DNA of 64,000 nucleotides, from assembly GCA_002269645.1 (NCBI GenBank), contig NIVC01002429.1, positions 62,001-126,000 of the forward strand, written 5' to 3'. Below, piece after piece: positions 13,715 to 27,225 of the stretch (its first letter is position 1; each line of letters opens with the position of its first letter). The notes under the pieces were generated by a model, which saw nothing but the letters and a program-made list of their open reading frames with translations, was not told the DNA's origin and ran no database searches. This DNA is from Macrostomum lignano (lineage: Eukaryota). The translations under genes and the position numbers were made by a program.

Positions 13715-13779
13715 TTCTTGCTGATGCGTCTGCGCCTCTTGGTGGCGTACATTGTCTTGATGACCCAGTCGTCAACCAT
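13715..13779 (-). CDS. AHR: Aryl hydrocarbon receptor/spineless, coding exon 1
   Basis: ATG at 13779 gives MVDDWVIKTMYATKRRRRISK+AA, donor GTGAGT at 13714. YATKRRRR matches the AhR/spineless N-terminal basic (NLS) segment. Phase 2 matches exon 2 (AA|C). Confidence 0.9.
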
Positions 13780-14261
13780 TTAGCAGGGAAGACAGCTTTA
13801 GTGGCGGAGGCTGGCAAGTTTCGCAATAAACGAACTGCCAACCTGTACCTTAATGCGCTGCTCAAGGACTATTACTACTAATGAGAACAGCTGGACTGTG
13901 CTGCCAAGAAGTTCCAGACCGAGTCAACTAAACTGTAAAAAAACTCAAACAAGAATGTCGGAGCTTCAGTCTGAATTGATTTTTGCCGCTTTTGATTGAA
14001 TTTGACATCGCCCGGAGTCTCATTGTGGGCTACGGGCTCGGCCAACCCCTGCGCCGGCACCGCTCAGCACTCTGAGCAGCCAACCGACTGTGAGCTCGGG
14101 CAGGGCCCTGAAATCCTGTTGGCTGAGCCCGGCCGCTGCCTGCTGGGGGCGGAGGGACTCAGCGGAGACGACTGCTCACCCTCTCCCTGCTGTTGCCCTC
14201 CTTCTAGCCAATCAGCCTTCAACACAGGTCGCCTGCCTCTGCCTGTCTGCCTGCCTCTGCC

Positions 14262-15955
<1,694 letters not shown>

Positions 15956-16494
15956 CAATAGCAATACATTGAATGGTCTAGCAACATGGTTATTTTTAAG
16001 CAAGATAGGCCTCCCTCTTTTCTCCACCCATGCGTATATGGGAATTTAGGCTGGCAATCCTTTTGATCTCCCCTGCAGGAAGGAAAGAACAAGCGGTCGG
16101 TTGGAGAAGAATTTCTCCCTGCCAGTCCAACACTGTTGCCATGAGCGACCCAGCTCAAGCAGCAGGCATTCAAGCATCAATTCCTCCGACTTAAGCCCTC
16201 CATTGCCTTGCAACTCAGCCGCACTCCAAATCCCCAATTATCAGCTCAGCGAAGAGTTTTAAGAAGAATCTGAGCTCCCCAAAACCCATGCCGTCTTCCC
16301 AGCCCTGCTGCCCACTCCATCCAGCCGGCGTCGTGCCAATCAAACACAAAAAACCAAATCTGCCAGCGAGCCTTCCATTTCTCGGACCGACGGAAGAAGT
16401 CATTCCGCATCGCTTGGCTCCGTTGCCTCCCTGTGTGAGCTCCGGGTCCTGCGTTGGAGTTCCTGCTTCCCTAAAGCAAGCGGAAAATCTCTTG

Positions 16495-16885
16495 AGGTTC
16501 TTCATCCTGTCTCTCTGGAGTGCTTCCCCCCAGTATCTCCGTCCTGTCTCTCCCCCGGGTATCTCCATCTTGTCCATCCTGTCTCTCTGGAGTGCTTCCC
16601 CCCCCCCAGTATCTCCGTCCTGTCTCTCCCCAGCATCCCCATCTTGTCCACCCTGTCTCTCCCCCGGTATCTCCATCTTATCCACCCTGTCTCTCCCCGG
16701 TATCTCTTTCTTGTTCACCCTGTCTCTCCCCGGTATCTCCATCTTGTCCATCCTGTCTCTCCCCCGGGTATCTCCATCTTGTCCATCCTGTCTCTCCCCC
16801 GGGTATCTCCATCTTGTCCATCCTGTCTCTCCCCCGGGTATCTCCATCTTGTCCATCCTGTATATCTGGAGTGTCTCCCCACGGT
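16495..16885. repeat. About 35-bp minisatellite gtatctccatcttgtccatcctgtctctcccccgg
   Basis: Direct tandem copies. Confidence 0.9.
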
Positions 16886-17604
16886 ATTTCCCTGATCAGA
16901 GGTCCAAGAAGGAAGAAGGTGAAAGATTTTGTGAATCCTTTCTACGGCTCGTATCTTGCTAAATTTATTCTGAAACGAAATTGGTGTTTTCAAGAACATC
17001 CCCATGGCTTAACGCCGACTTGTAACGTCCGTGATCAAAGCATCACACGCCTCAGTGCTCCCATGGAACTAAACTACACGACAGTCAGTCTTGGAGTGGC
17101 GGAACCCTATGACAGAATGCATTATAATTTATTTCTTATAAAGTTTTCAACACAGGGAGTCAACACAAAATTGTTGCCAAACAGGTTTAGAGCGGATCCC
17201 ATGCCAGTCTGCATTTCATGCGCTTGACTTGTTAGGCCTAATTAAAGGCTTGAATAAATTTGTAAAGAGGTCTAAAGTTAATTTCTGTATTATATACCTA
17301 TTAGATATTTAAGGCTTATTCCGAAAGCCACCGGAACTGCATGCAGCGCGAGGCTCAAGACTCTGTAATTCGCCCTGACAACTGGGCGACGAACCCCCCT
17401 CGCCCATTACATTGACGACAAATTGGCAGTTATTTTACGCTTGAATTGAATTTTATTGTTGCCAACTAAATTGATATTTTAAATAACCCGGCAAAGCGAA
17501 GATGCAAGTAAAGTTAAATACTCCTTAAAGTAGGCAACTGCGAATTTTAAGGCATCGCATTTATATCATATTTTCGATTTTGGCATATTTCAGGTATCAA
17601 TTTG

Positions 17605-18900
17605 TTATGATGCACTGATGCCAGTCCCTAATCAGTGTGTCTCATTTGATGCCAGTCCCTAATCAGTGTGTCTCATTTGATGCCAGTCCCTAATCAGTGT
17701 GTCTGCACTGATGCCAGTCCCTAATCAGAGTGTGTCTGCACTGATGCCAGTCCCTAATCAGTGTGTCTGATTTGATGCCAGTCCCTAATCAGTGTGTCTG
17801 CACTGATGCCAGTCCCTAATCAGTGTGTGTCTGATTTGATGCCAGTCCCTAATCAGTGTGTCTGCATTGATGCCAGTCCCTAATCAGTGTGTCTCATTTG
17901 ATGCCAGTCCCTAATCAGTGTGTCTCATTTGATGCCAGTCCCTAATCAGTGTGTCTGCACTGATGCCAGTCCCTAATCAGAGTGTGTCTGCACTGATGCC
18001 AGTCCCTAATCAGTGTGTCTGATTTGATGCCAGTCCCTAATCAGTGTGTCTGCACTGATGCCAGTCCCTAATCAGTGTGTGTCTGATTTGATGCCAGTCC
18101 CTAATCAGTGTGTCTGATTTGATGCCAGTCCCTAATCAGTGTGTGTCTGCACTGATGCCAGTCCCTAATCAGTGTGTGTCTGATTTGATGCCAGTCCCTA
18201 ATCAGTGTGTCTGCATTGATGCCAGTCCCTAATCAGTGTGTGTCTGATTTGATGCCAGTCCCTAATCAGTGTGTCTGATTTGATGCCAGTCCCTAATCAG
18301 TGTGTGTCTGATTTGATGCCAGTCCCTAATCAGTGTGTCTGATTTGATGCCAGTCCCTAATCAGTGTGTGTCTGATTTGATGCCAGTCCCTAATCAGTGT
18401 GTCTGATTTGATGCCAGTCCCAAATCAGTGTGTGTCTGATTTGATGCCAGTCCCTAATCAGTGTGTGTCTGATTTGATGCCAGTCCCTAATCAGTGTGTG
18501 TCTCATTTGATGCCAGTCCCAAATCAGTGTGTGTCTGATTTGATGCCAGTCCCTAATCAGTGTGTGTCTGATTTGATGCCAGTCCCTAATCAGTGTGTGT
18601 CTGATTTGATGCCAGTCCCTAATCAGTGTGTGTCTCATTTGATGCCAGTCCCTAATCAGTGTGTGTCTCATTTGATGCCAGTCCCTAATCAGTGTGTGTC
18701 TGATTTGATGCCAGTCCCTAATCAGTGTGTGTCTGATTTGATGCCAGTCCCTAATCAGTGTGTGTCTGATTTGATGCCAGTCCCTAATCAGTGTGTGTCT
18801 GATTTGATGCCAGTCCCTAATCAGTGTGTCTGATTTGATGCCAGTCCCTAATCAGTGTGTGTCTGATTTGATGCCAGTCCCTAATCAGTGTGTCTGATTG
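17605..18900. repeat. 31/33-bp minisatellite gatgccagtccctaatcagtgtgtgtctgattt (about 40 copies)
   Basis: Direct tandem copies; unit length varies by one GT dinucleotide. Confidence 0.97.
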
Positions 18901-19099
18901 GAGCAAGTCAGCTGGTAATCACGAGTACGCAAAGCAATGAATGGCAAGTCCCCCTTTTGGCCACAGACCAAATGGCTCATCAATCTTATTCAGCTGGTTG
19001 AGAACGCCAGTTCGCGCAACCGCAGCTTATTAATCGATAGAAACTGCTCTCTGCGAGTGAGCCAGCGCCAGACGGATCCAACGGCAGAGAGCGCTGAAA

Positions 19100-22000
19100 A
19101 TGTTGAACAGCCTGTCAGCATCGAAGTCGTCAGCATGCCGCTTATTCAGAGAGCTGGACAGCGTCGGGGCCACGGCAGCCTCGGCCTGCTGGTCGGCCTC
19201 GCAGGAGAGCCTGGCCAGCCTGGAGGAGTTCAGCTGCCTGGAGGTGGCGCTGGACTGCCTGGACGATATCGCCCACGACAACTATCAATTCGTCGTCGAA
19301 GAGATGTTCTTCGAAGCGGTCATCGTTGAGGTGAACGCCGAGCTGCGCAGGCAGCCGGCCGGGCTCATCGCCGAGCAGCTCATCGAGACGACCGTGCGAG
19401 CTCAGGCCGCCGCTTGCTGCCTGGCAGCCGTCAGCCAGAAGACCCGCGGGCCCGGCAACAACAGGAACAGCAACAACAACCACTGGAGCAGCCGGGTCGA
19501 CCACAACAACGATACGACATTCTGCGATCTGGATCTCGACTACGAAGGCTGCCAGATGGCCAAGGCGGAGTGGCTTAGCCGGCCCATCGCCGAAGCTCTG
19601 GACCGCCTCTACGAAGTCTGGACCTCCGCCGCGGTGGAGGAGGTCTGTCTGGAGACCCTCGTCGAATTGGTGTGCGAGCGGCTTGTGCAGGTGCTGTACA
19701 AGTCCAGCCACTCCAAGTCCCAATTCGAGTGCCGCATTGTCAAAGCTGTTGGCCGCTTCAACCAGACCCTGGACCGGCTGGCGGCCACCAACCAGGGCGA
19801 GCGGAAGCAGCTGCAACAGCAGCAGCGTCGACTGGACGCCGGTCGAGTCGCCGACAGCTTCTTCGACTGCGTCGTGGACACCGTGGCCGATCCGGACTCG
19901 CGCAGGGCGTCGAACGCTATGACGGGCATACTGCTGGCTGCTGTACCCGACGAGCCGGGAGACTTCGGCGGCGGGAACCGAGGGAGCAACGGCGTTTACG
20001 ATAACTGGCGGCTGCTGGGCATCGCGCGGGCGGCATTCGTTCGCTCGATCCGCGGCCAGCTGAGCCGCCTGGCCAAGAAGAGCCAGGAGAAGCACGCAGC
20101 ACAGAGCCTGAAGCAGCAGCGGCGGTCGGCTCTGGCCGCGCACGTGCTTGACGTTGGCAACTGCAGCCTGTCTGACGAGCTCGAGAGCCTGCCGTCGGAC
20201 ACGGAGACAGCCTCCATCAGCGCCGCTCCACCGAATCCGCCCGTAGCGACGCGGAAAACTGCAAGCGGCTCCAGCAGAAGCTCGGGCCGGCAGGTGCAGC
20301 AGCAGCAGCAACGGTGTTTTCCGTACAGGCTGGAGCGAATCAGCGAAGCCCCTCAGCACTCCAAGCTGTCCGCGGCTGTCGAACTCGAAGTCAGGACGTT
20401 GGCGGAGACGGCCGCGCCGACGAGTTCAACGCAGCAGCAAACAGAGGAGAAGGCCGCCGGGTGCATCAGCGCAGGATTCGGCAGCCGCTTAGTCCGCATC
20501 AGCGCCAGCTACTCGGAGGCGACCGAGGGCGATTCGGTGGAAATTCGACTGGCCCCGGCCGGCCGAGTCAGCTGCTGCTGCTCAGCGGCCTCGAGCGGCA
20601 GACGGGCAAAAATTCTGGCCCTGACTGCGCCTTCGGCCGCTTTCGCCAGCCAGCTGTCGGCAGGCCGAGCCGAGGCCTCCGCCACCCTGGCAACGGTTGC
20701 CACGGTCGGCCCCAGCCTGCTCGACTGCTCCACAATGGCTGCCGATTCTGGCGCCGCACTGAAGCTGCCCGTCACTCTGCTGGCACTGTCGGCTGCAGAA
20801 GCGTCGGCGGCTGCTGTAGCCTCGGGCGTCGAGTTCGCGACAGCCGCTGCGCCCACCGTGGCGCCGGTTCTGATCGCCTCCATGGTGCACCGGCCGCGGC
20901 CGCTGATGCGCCTCGCCCGCTGCCGTTTCGTGCTGCGCCGGCTGGATGCAGCGCCACAGTCCGCCGTCGTTGTCCGAGTGCCGCAGTTGCCGCTGGCCAC
21001 GCCGAGCCCGCTGACGAACCGCTGCGTTGTAGACGTGCCAGCCATCTGGTCCGTGCACGCGGGGGTGCGCCCGTCACGCAGTCACTGCTGCCCGCTGAGC
21101 CACCTGCCGGAGCCGCCGCCCCGGCTGCCAGGGGCCAGCGGCAGCCACCTCTCGGCCGCGGCCAAGCTGGACCTGGCGCCGGCGCCGGCCATTCGGCTGA
21201 CTGCATCGACACAGCCGACAGTCGGCACCCGGTCGGTTGGCGTGTCGGCCGGCCGGGCCGCCCGATCAGCGCCGACGCCGTGGCGCGCTAACGGAACCGG
21301 CGCCGCCAGCATCGGCGACGTCCGCCAGCGGGGCTCGAGCCTTCAACTGCCGGCGACAGAGCGCGCCCTGGCCACCGCAGCGGATCAGCCGGCGCCAGGT
21401 GGCGGCGCCCTCTGGCCGGAGCGGCCCGTGCGGCATTGGCTGCAAGCTCGGCAGTCGACTGGCTGGCTGCGGCCGACGCTGTCCCCGGTCACGTTGGCGA
21501 CGTCGAAGCCTGCGGCAGCTGTATCAGCGTCGTCCCAGGCGGAGCTGTTCGACTCCAGCGACAGCGTCGGCGCCTTTTTCGCGGCGCCATTCGAAGCGCC
21601 AGAAGTTTGCGCTCTCGGAGGACTCGCTAACTCGCTGCCAATTTTGGCCATCGACTGTCAGTCGGTCGAGTGCCGCCTGGAAGCCGACAGAGTCGCCGGT
21701 TCGGGACCGACGGGCGGCCCGACAGTGTTGGAGCCTCCAACAATCTGGACCTCCGCCACTTCAGTCAACAAGTTCGAGGATCCCGATGAGGATTGGGAGG
21801 ATGACGGAGCTCGCCTGGAGACGGTGATCACCATCCAGTCGATTCTCACAGTCGGGATAGTCGACGAAGAGCAGGAACTTGAGCAGGAGCAGCAGGAGGA
21901 TGAGACGGAGGTTGGGTCAAGACCGGTCGTCATGGCGATAGAGACGCCGCGACGCAGACCGTTGCCAGGAGGCAACCGCATTGCGATCGGTCGCAGTCGC

Positions 22001-22168
22001 AGCGCCAGCTCGTCGGGCTCTTCAACGGCCAGCAGCATCGACGGGCTGCCCGTCTGGCCGGCTCTGTGGCAGCGGCAGCAGCAGATGCAAATTGCCGCTC
22101 TGCATCCCACGGCGACAAGATCAAAGCCCAGTCGACAAGTTGAACATATTAGCAGACAATCGAGCTAG
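19100..22168 (+). CDS. Intronless 1022-aa protein of unknown function
   Basis: 3069-bp GC-rich open frame, ATG to TAG, with in-frame stops upstream (19058). Gln/Ala/Ser tracts resemble those in the other genes here. No family recognised. Confidence 0.7.
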   Translation: MLNSLSASKSSACRLFRELDSVGATAASACWSASQESLASLEEFSCLEVALDCLDDIAHDNYQFVVEEMFFEAVIVEVNAELRRQPAGLIAEQLIETTVRAQAAACCLAAVSQKTRGPGNNRNSNNNHWSSRVDHNNDTTFCDLDLDYEGCQMAKAEWLSRPIAEALDRLYEVWTSAAVEEVCLETLVELVCERLVQVLYKSSHSKSQFECRIVKAVGRFNQTLDRLAATNQGERKQLQQQQRRLDAGRVADSFFDCVVDTVADPDSRRASNAMTGILLAAVPDEPGDFGGGNRGSNGVYDNWRLLGIARAAFVRSIRGQLSRLAKKSQEKHAAQSLKQQRRSALAAHVLDVGNCSLSDELESLPSDTETASISAAPPNPPVATRKTASGSSRSSGRQVQQQQQRCFPYRLERISEAPQHSKLSAAVELEVRTLAETAAPTSSTQQQTEEKAAGCISAGFGSRLVRISASYSEATEGDSVEIRLAPAGRVSCCCSAASSGRRAKILALTAPSAAFASQLSAGRAEASATLATVATVGPSLLDCSTMAADSGAALKLPVTLLALSAAEASAAAVASGVEFATAAAPTVAPVLIASMVHRPRPLMRLARCRFVLRRLDAAPQSAVVVRVPQLPLATPSPLTNRCVVDVPAIWSVHAGVRPSRSHCCPLSHLPEPPPRLPGASGSHLSAAAKLDLAPAPAIRLTASTQPTVGTRSVGVSAGRAARSAPTPWRANGTGAASIGDVRQRGSSLQLPATERALATAADQPAPGGGALWPERPVRHWLQARQSTGWLRPTLSPVTLATSKPAAAVSASSQAELFDSSDSVGAFFAAPFEAPEVCALGGLANSLPILAIDCQSVECRLEADRVAGSGPTGGPTVLEPPTIWTSATSVNKFEDPDEDWEDDGARLETVITIQSILTVGIVDEEQELEQEQQEDETEVGSRPVVMAIETPRRRPLPGGNRIAIGRSRSASSSGSSTASSIDGLPVWPALWQRQQQMQIAALHPTATRSKPSRQVEHISRQSS

Positions 22169-22196
22169 TGATTAGTTTTAATTTTTGTATTTAGAC

Positions 22197-22765
22197 CAGG
22201 GGTCGGCAACACATTTTTGCCTGCAGGGCCAGATAAACAATCCGGTTCATGACTGCTGGCCAGATTAGAAAGGAAAGGAGAGGGAATAAAGGGGAGAGAA
22301 GAGAAAAAAGGAGATGAGAGATGAGAATCGAGAAGAGAGAAGAGAAGAGAGAAGAGAAGATAAGAGATAAGAGAGAAGAGAAGAGAGAAGATAAGAGATA
22401 AGAGAGAAGAGAGAAGAGAAGAGAAGAGATAAGAGATAAGAGAGAAGAGAGAAGAGAAGAGAGAAGAGAAGAGAGAAGATAAGAGAGAAGATAAGAGAGA
22501 AGAGAAGAGAGAAGATAAGAGATAAGAGATAAGAGAGAAGAGAGAAGAGAAGAGAGAAGATAAGAGATAAGAGATAAGAGAGAAGAGAGAAGAGAAGAGA
22601 GAAGATAAGAGATAAGAGATAAGAGAGAAGAGATAAGAGAGAAGAGAAGAGATAAGAGAGAAGAGAGCTGAGAAGAGAAGCATTTTGAGCAGGCAGTTGT
22701 GAAGCTTCAAAGGACCCGAGGGCCCGATGGAGAGGGTTCGCGGGCCGGAGTTTGCCGACCCCATG
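22197..22765 (+). mobile_element. Non-autonomous hAT (Charlie-like) MITE with an internal AG-rich tract
   Basis: TIRs CAGGGGTCGGCAAC and GTTTGCCGACCCCATG; 8-bp TSD ATTTAGAC/ATTAAGAC (1 mismatch); AGAGA/AGATA tract at 22260-22680. Confidence 0.85.
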
Positions 22766-24104
22766 ATTAAGACTATTCATTATTATCTGTGTTAAGCTGA
22801 TTCGGAGTCCATATTTCATAGAAGGTCATTTATCCATAGAGTTTTTAAAACCCCCAGCATCAGTGTAAGAAGTTACTGTATAACTTGAGTTGCAGCCCCG
22901 TGGCCTGTACTTGAGGTGAGCAATTTTTCAAGCTTATTGATAAGCGTTTATTTTCTAGCGTTTATTTCAACTCGTCATTTATCCATAGTTTTGCTGCGGA
23001 GCTGAAGCAATAAAATAATTGCCACCTTTGTTAGGGTACAAATAGGAGTGAAAACTGCCGCGGTGCAGGTGTTGAAATACTACGTGCCCGAGTCACGAAA
23101 TTCAAATGATAGTGCCGCGTCTTCATGATTTTAAATTTAATTCTAGTGCTGTCAGAGTCCAGTGGGGCGTCAGGATATGTACATGTATATAGTGGCTCTT
23201 TTGGTGCGTCAGAATTTTATATGGTGATGTCAGAGTAGTTCTTGATGCATAGCAAGTCCAATTCTCATTTCGATCGTCAAAAGTCTATGGCCTAAGCCGC
23301 AGCTGCTGCGAAGCTGAGCTGAGCTGCTGCATGCAGATCTACGTCTGTTTTCATTTTGATTGTCCATTTTCTCATATTGATTGTCAAAACCAATATCTGC
23401 GGGTGAAAGTAACTATTGTTCAGCGAATTAAAGTGATGAAGCTTTAAAATAAACTGACTATATAGAACTTCTTGGTCCTTGCGGTGGTACATCATCTCAT
23501 TGTCAAGTGGTTTCATAAATAAGAAACACAAAAATAGCGATGAAATGTCTCCCAGAATTAATCTCTCTGAGTGAAAATGAAAACGAGAAAAATAGGTTTC
23601 AGATGTTTCTGTTGTTAAGAGTTGCTCGTTTTCTTTCAATAAAAATGCTTTAACTATTTAAACAAAATAGAAACAATGTTTAAATATGAAATTACATTTT
23701 GGTGACTATTTAAACAAAAGAGATTATCTAGCCAAGCTGTTGATTATCAAAGCTAATTAGATAATAACTGCAGCAGCTGCTAAAAGTGCAAAATTAAAGC
23801 AATCAGCTGACTCTGAATAATTGGAGGCGCTATTTGCCTCTGTCTGGGTCAGGCAGTTTATATACTATTTGAAGTACAACACAACCAAAATTAGTTAGGC
23901 GTGTGCACAAGCAAGTAAAACAATTAATGAAATGTTTGAGTTTCAACTCATTTGGAAACAGTTTCAAGATTTTCCTTTCAAAAAAACAGACACTTGGTGT
24001 TGATTTTCTATCAGATTAGTTTGCTATACTAAAGCCTGGCTGCTGTCAGTAGTACGTATGGAATATTTCAATAACAGACGATGGGAATAAGGGTGCATAA
24101 GGGA

Positions 24105-25835
24105 TAAATGGGGATCTGGGAGAATATGGGATGAATAAGGGATCATCAGGGAGCATATGGGATGAATGGGGATCTGGGAGCATATGGGATGGATGGGGAT
24201 CAGGGAGCATATGGGATGAATGGGGATCTGGGTGCATATGGGTCATGGGATGGATGGGGATCAGGGAGCATATGAGACGGATGGCGATCAGGGAGCATAT
24301 GAGATGGATGGGGATCTGGGAGCATATGGGATGAATGGGGATCTGGGAGCATATGAGATGAATGGGGATCTGGGAGCATATGGGATGAATGGGGATCTGG
24401 GAGCATATGAGACGGATGGCGATCAGGGAGCATATGAGATGGATGGGGATCAGGGAGCATATGGGATGAATGGGGATCTGGGAGCATATGAGATGAATGG
24501 GGATCTGGGAGCATATGGGATGAATGGGGATCTGGGAGCATATGGGATGAATGGGGATCAGGGAGCATACGGGATGGATGGGGATCAGGGAGCATACGGG
24601 ATGGATGGGGATCAGGGAGCATACGGGATGGATGGGGATCAGGGAGCATATGGGATCAGGGAGCATATGGGATGGATGGGGATCAGGGAGCATATGGGAT
24701 GGATGGGGATCAGGGAGCATACGGGATGGATGGGGATCAGGGAGCATACGGGATGGATGGGGATCTGGGAGCATATGGGATGGATGGGGATCAGGGAGCA
24801 TACAGGATGAATGGGGATCTGGGAGCATATGGGATGGATGGGGATCAGGGAGCATACGGAATGGATGGGGATCTGGGAGCATATGAGATGAATGGGGATC
24901 AGGGAGCATACGGGATGGATGGGGATCTGGGAGCATACGGGATGGATGGGGATCTGGGAGCATACGGGATGGATGGGGATCTGGGAGCATACGGGATGGA
25001 TGGGGATCAGGGAGCATACGGGATGGATGGGGATCTGGGAGCATATGGGATGGATGGGGATCAGGGAGCATACGGAATGGATGGGGATCAGGGAGCATAT
25101 GGGATGAATGGGGATCTGGGAGCATACGGGATGGATGGGGATCTGGGAGCATATGGGATGGATGGGGATCAGGGAGCATACGGAATGGATGGGGATCTGG
25201 GAGCATATGGGATGGATGGGGATCAGGGAGCATACGGGATGGATGGGGATCAGGGAGCATATGGGATGGATGGGGATCTGGGAGCATACGGGATGGATGG
25301 GATCTGGGAGCATACGGGATGGATGGGGATCAGGGAGCATATGGGATGGATGGGGATCAGGGAGCATACGGGATGGATGGGGATCTGGGAGCATACGGGA
25401 TGGATGGGGATCTGGGAGCATACGGGATGGATGGGGATCAGGGAGCATACGGGATGGATGGGGATCAGGGAGCATACGGGATGGATGGGGATCTGGGAGC
25501 ATACGGGATGGATGGGGATCAGGGAGCATACGGGATGGATGGGGATCTGGGAGCATACGGGATGGATGGGGATCAGGGAGCATACGGGATGGATGGGGAT
25601 CAGGGAGCATACGGGATGGATGGGGATCTGGGAGCATATGGGATCAGGGAGCATATGGGATGGATGGGGATCTGGGAGCATACGGGATGGATGGGGATCA
25701 GGGAGCATACAGGATGGATGGGGATCAGGGAGCATATGGGATGGATGGGGATCTGGGAGCATACAGGATGGATGGGGATCAGGGAGCATATGGGATGGAT
25801 GGGGATCTGGGAGCATACGGAATGGATGGGGATCT
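24105..25835. repeat. 27-bp G-rich minisatellite GGGATGGATGGGGATCAGGGAGCATAC (about 60 copies)
   Basis: Direct tandem copies, with occasional short units that shift the frame. Confidence 0.97.
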
Positions 25836-26609
25836 GAAGAACAGAGCCAATTGAGTGGGATAAATGGTATTGTATATTGACAATAGGGCACATAAAGTAA
25901 GTGTAAGCAGAAACGGGCACAGTGGGGAATACCAAAGATTCCCTGAGTGCACAAAACAAAACCGAACAGCTGAAGGGCAGGCACGGAAGCTCAGCACAAA
26001 AGCAAATGAAAGCATAGCTAATGCAGATATTTAACATATAGCAGCAGATGCAGATCCCAGAGTTGACCTTGAAACCGCAGTGCAATAAGGGCACTTATAC
26101 TCTATTGTTAACAAAATAGTCGAATAATAACAATTTTTACTATTTTAATTATGCAAATTATTGAAAGTCGTAGTAAAGCTTGACTGGACTTGAAAGAGTA
26201 GTTTGAAAACTCCATCAAATAAAAATTAATCAACCATAAACTAGAAGCCTACTCATAGTAGCTCGTATTGCCGATTAAATATTTTGTTCATTTTTGCATT
26301 GAAAATAAGCCATATAGATAAACGGCACTGCACAGTCAGATTAACAGTTATTTATGACCAATGAAAACTTTAAAATACAAATGAAAATTAGATGTATACA
26401 TAACACTCTTACAGTAAGCAGTTTTTCCACTTAGTAACAATAATCAGAAACATACAAGTCTTGTTTGTCCTTATGTGTCTGTCTGTCTGTCTACCAACCT
26501 ACCTGTCTGTAAGCATCAACTTTGGAGCATCAGCATCAAGTCTATCTGTTTCTCTGTCTGTCTATCTAAGTGTCTGCCTGTCTGTCTTAGCGTCTGTCAT
26601 CTGCCCGCC

Positions 26610-27225
26610 TGTTCGCGGCTATCCCAGCAGACACCCCGACAGACACTCCAGCAGACATCCCAACAGGCACTCCAGCAGACATCCCAGCAGACACCCCAAC
26701 AGGCACTCCAGCAGACATACCAGCAGACATCCCAGCAGACACCCCAGCAGGCACTCCAGCAGACATACCAGAAGACATCCCAGCAGACACCCCAGCAGAC
26801 ATCCCAACAGGTACTCCAGCAGACATCCCAGCAAACACCCCAGCAGACACCCAGCAGACATCCCAACAGGTACTCCAGCAGACATCCCAGCAGACACCCC
26901 AGCAGACATCCCAGCAGACACCCCAGCAGACATCCCAACAGGTACTCCAGCAGACATCCCAACAGGTACTCCAGCAGACATCCCAGCAAACGCCAAACAC
27001 CCCAGCAGACATCCCAGCAGACACCCCAACAGGCACTCCAGCAGACATCCCAGCAGACACCCCAACAGGCACTCCAGCAGACATCCCAGCAGACACCCCA
27101 ACAGGCACTCCAGCAGACATCCCAGCAGACACCCCAACAGGCACTCCAGCAGACATCCCAGCAGACACCCCAACAGACACCCCAGCAGGCACTTCAGCAG
27201 ACACCCCAACAGACACTCCAGCCGA
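26610..27225. repeat. 12-bp-based minisatellite (CCAGCAGACAYC/CCAACAGGYACT) abutting the Bcl-2-family stop codon
   Basis: Direct tandem copies immediately 3' of the TAG at 27228-27226. Confidence 0.93.

Noticed and set aside
17605-18900. CRISPR-like regularly spaced 31-33-bp repeats
   Set aside because: There are no unique spacers (units are directly adjacent), no cas genes, and the context is eukaryotic. The same holds for the 38- and 47-bp arrays.
19142-22110. Antisense and alternate-frame ORFs (405 aa etc.)
   Set aside because: Shadow ORFs of the GC-rich 1022-aa CDS.
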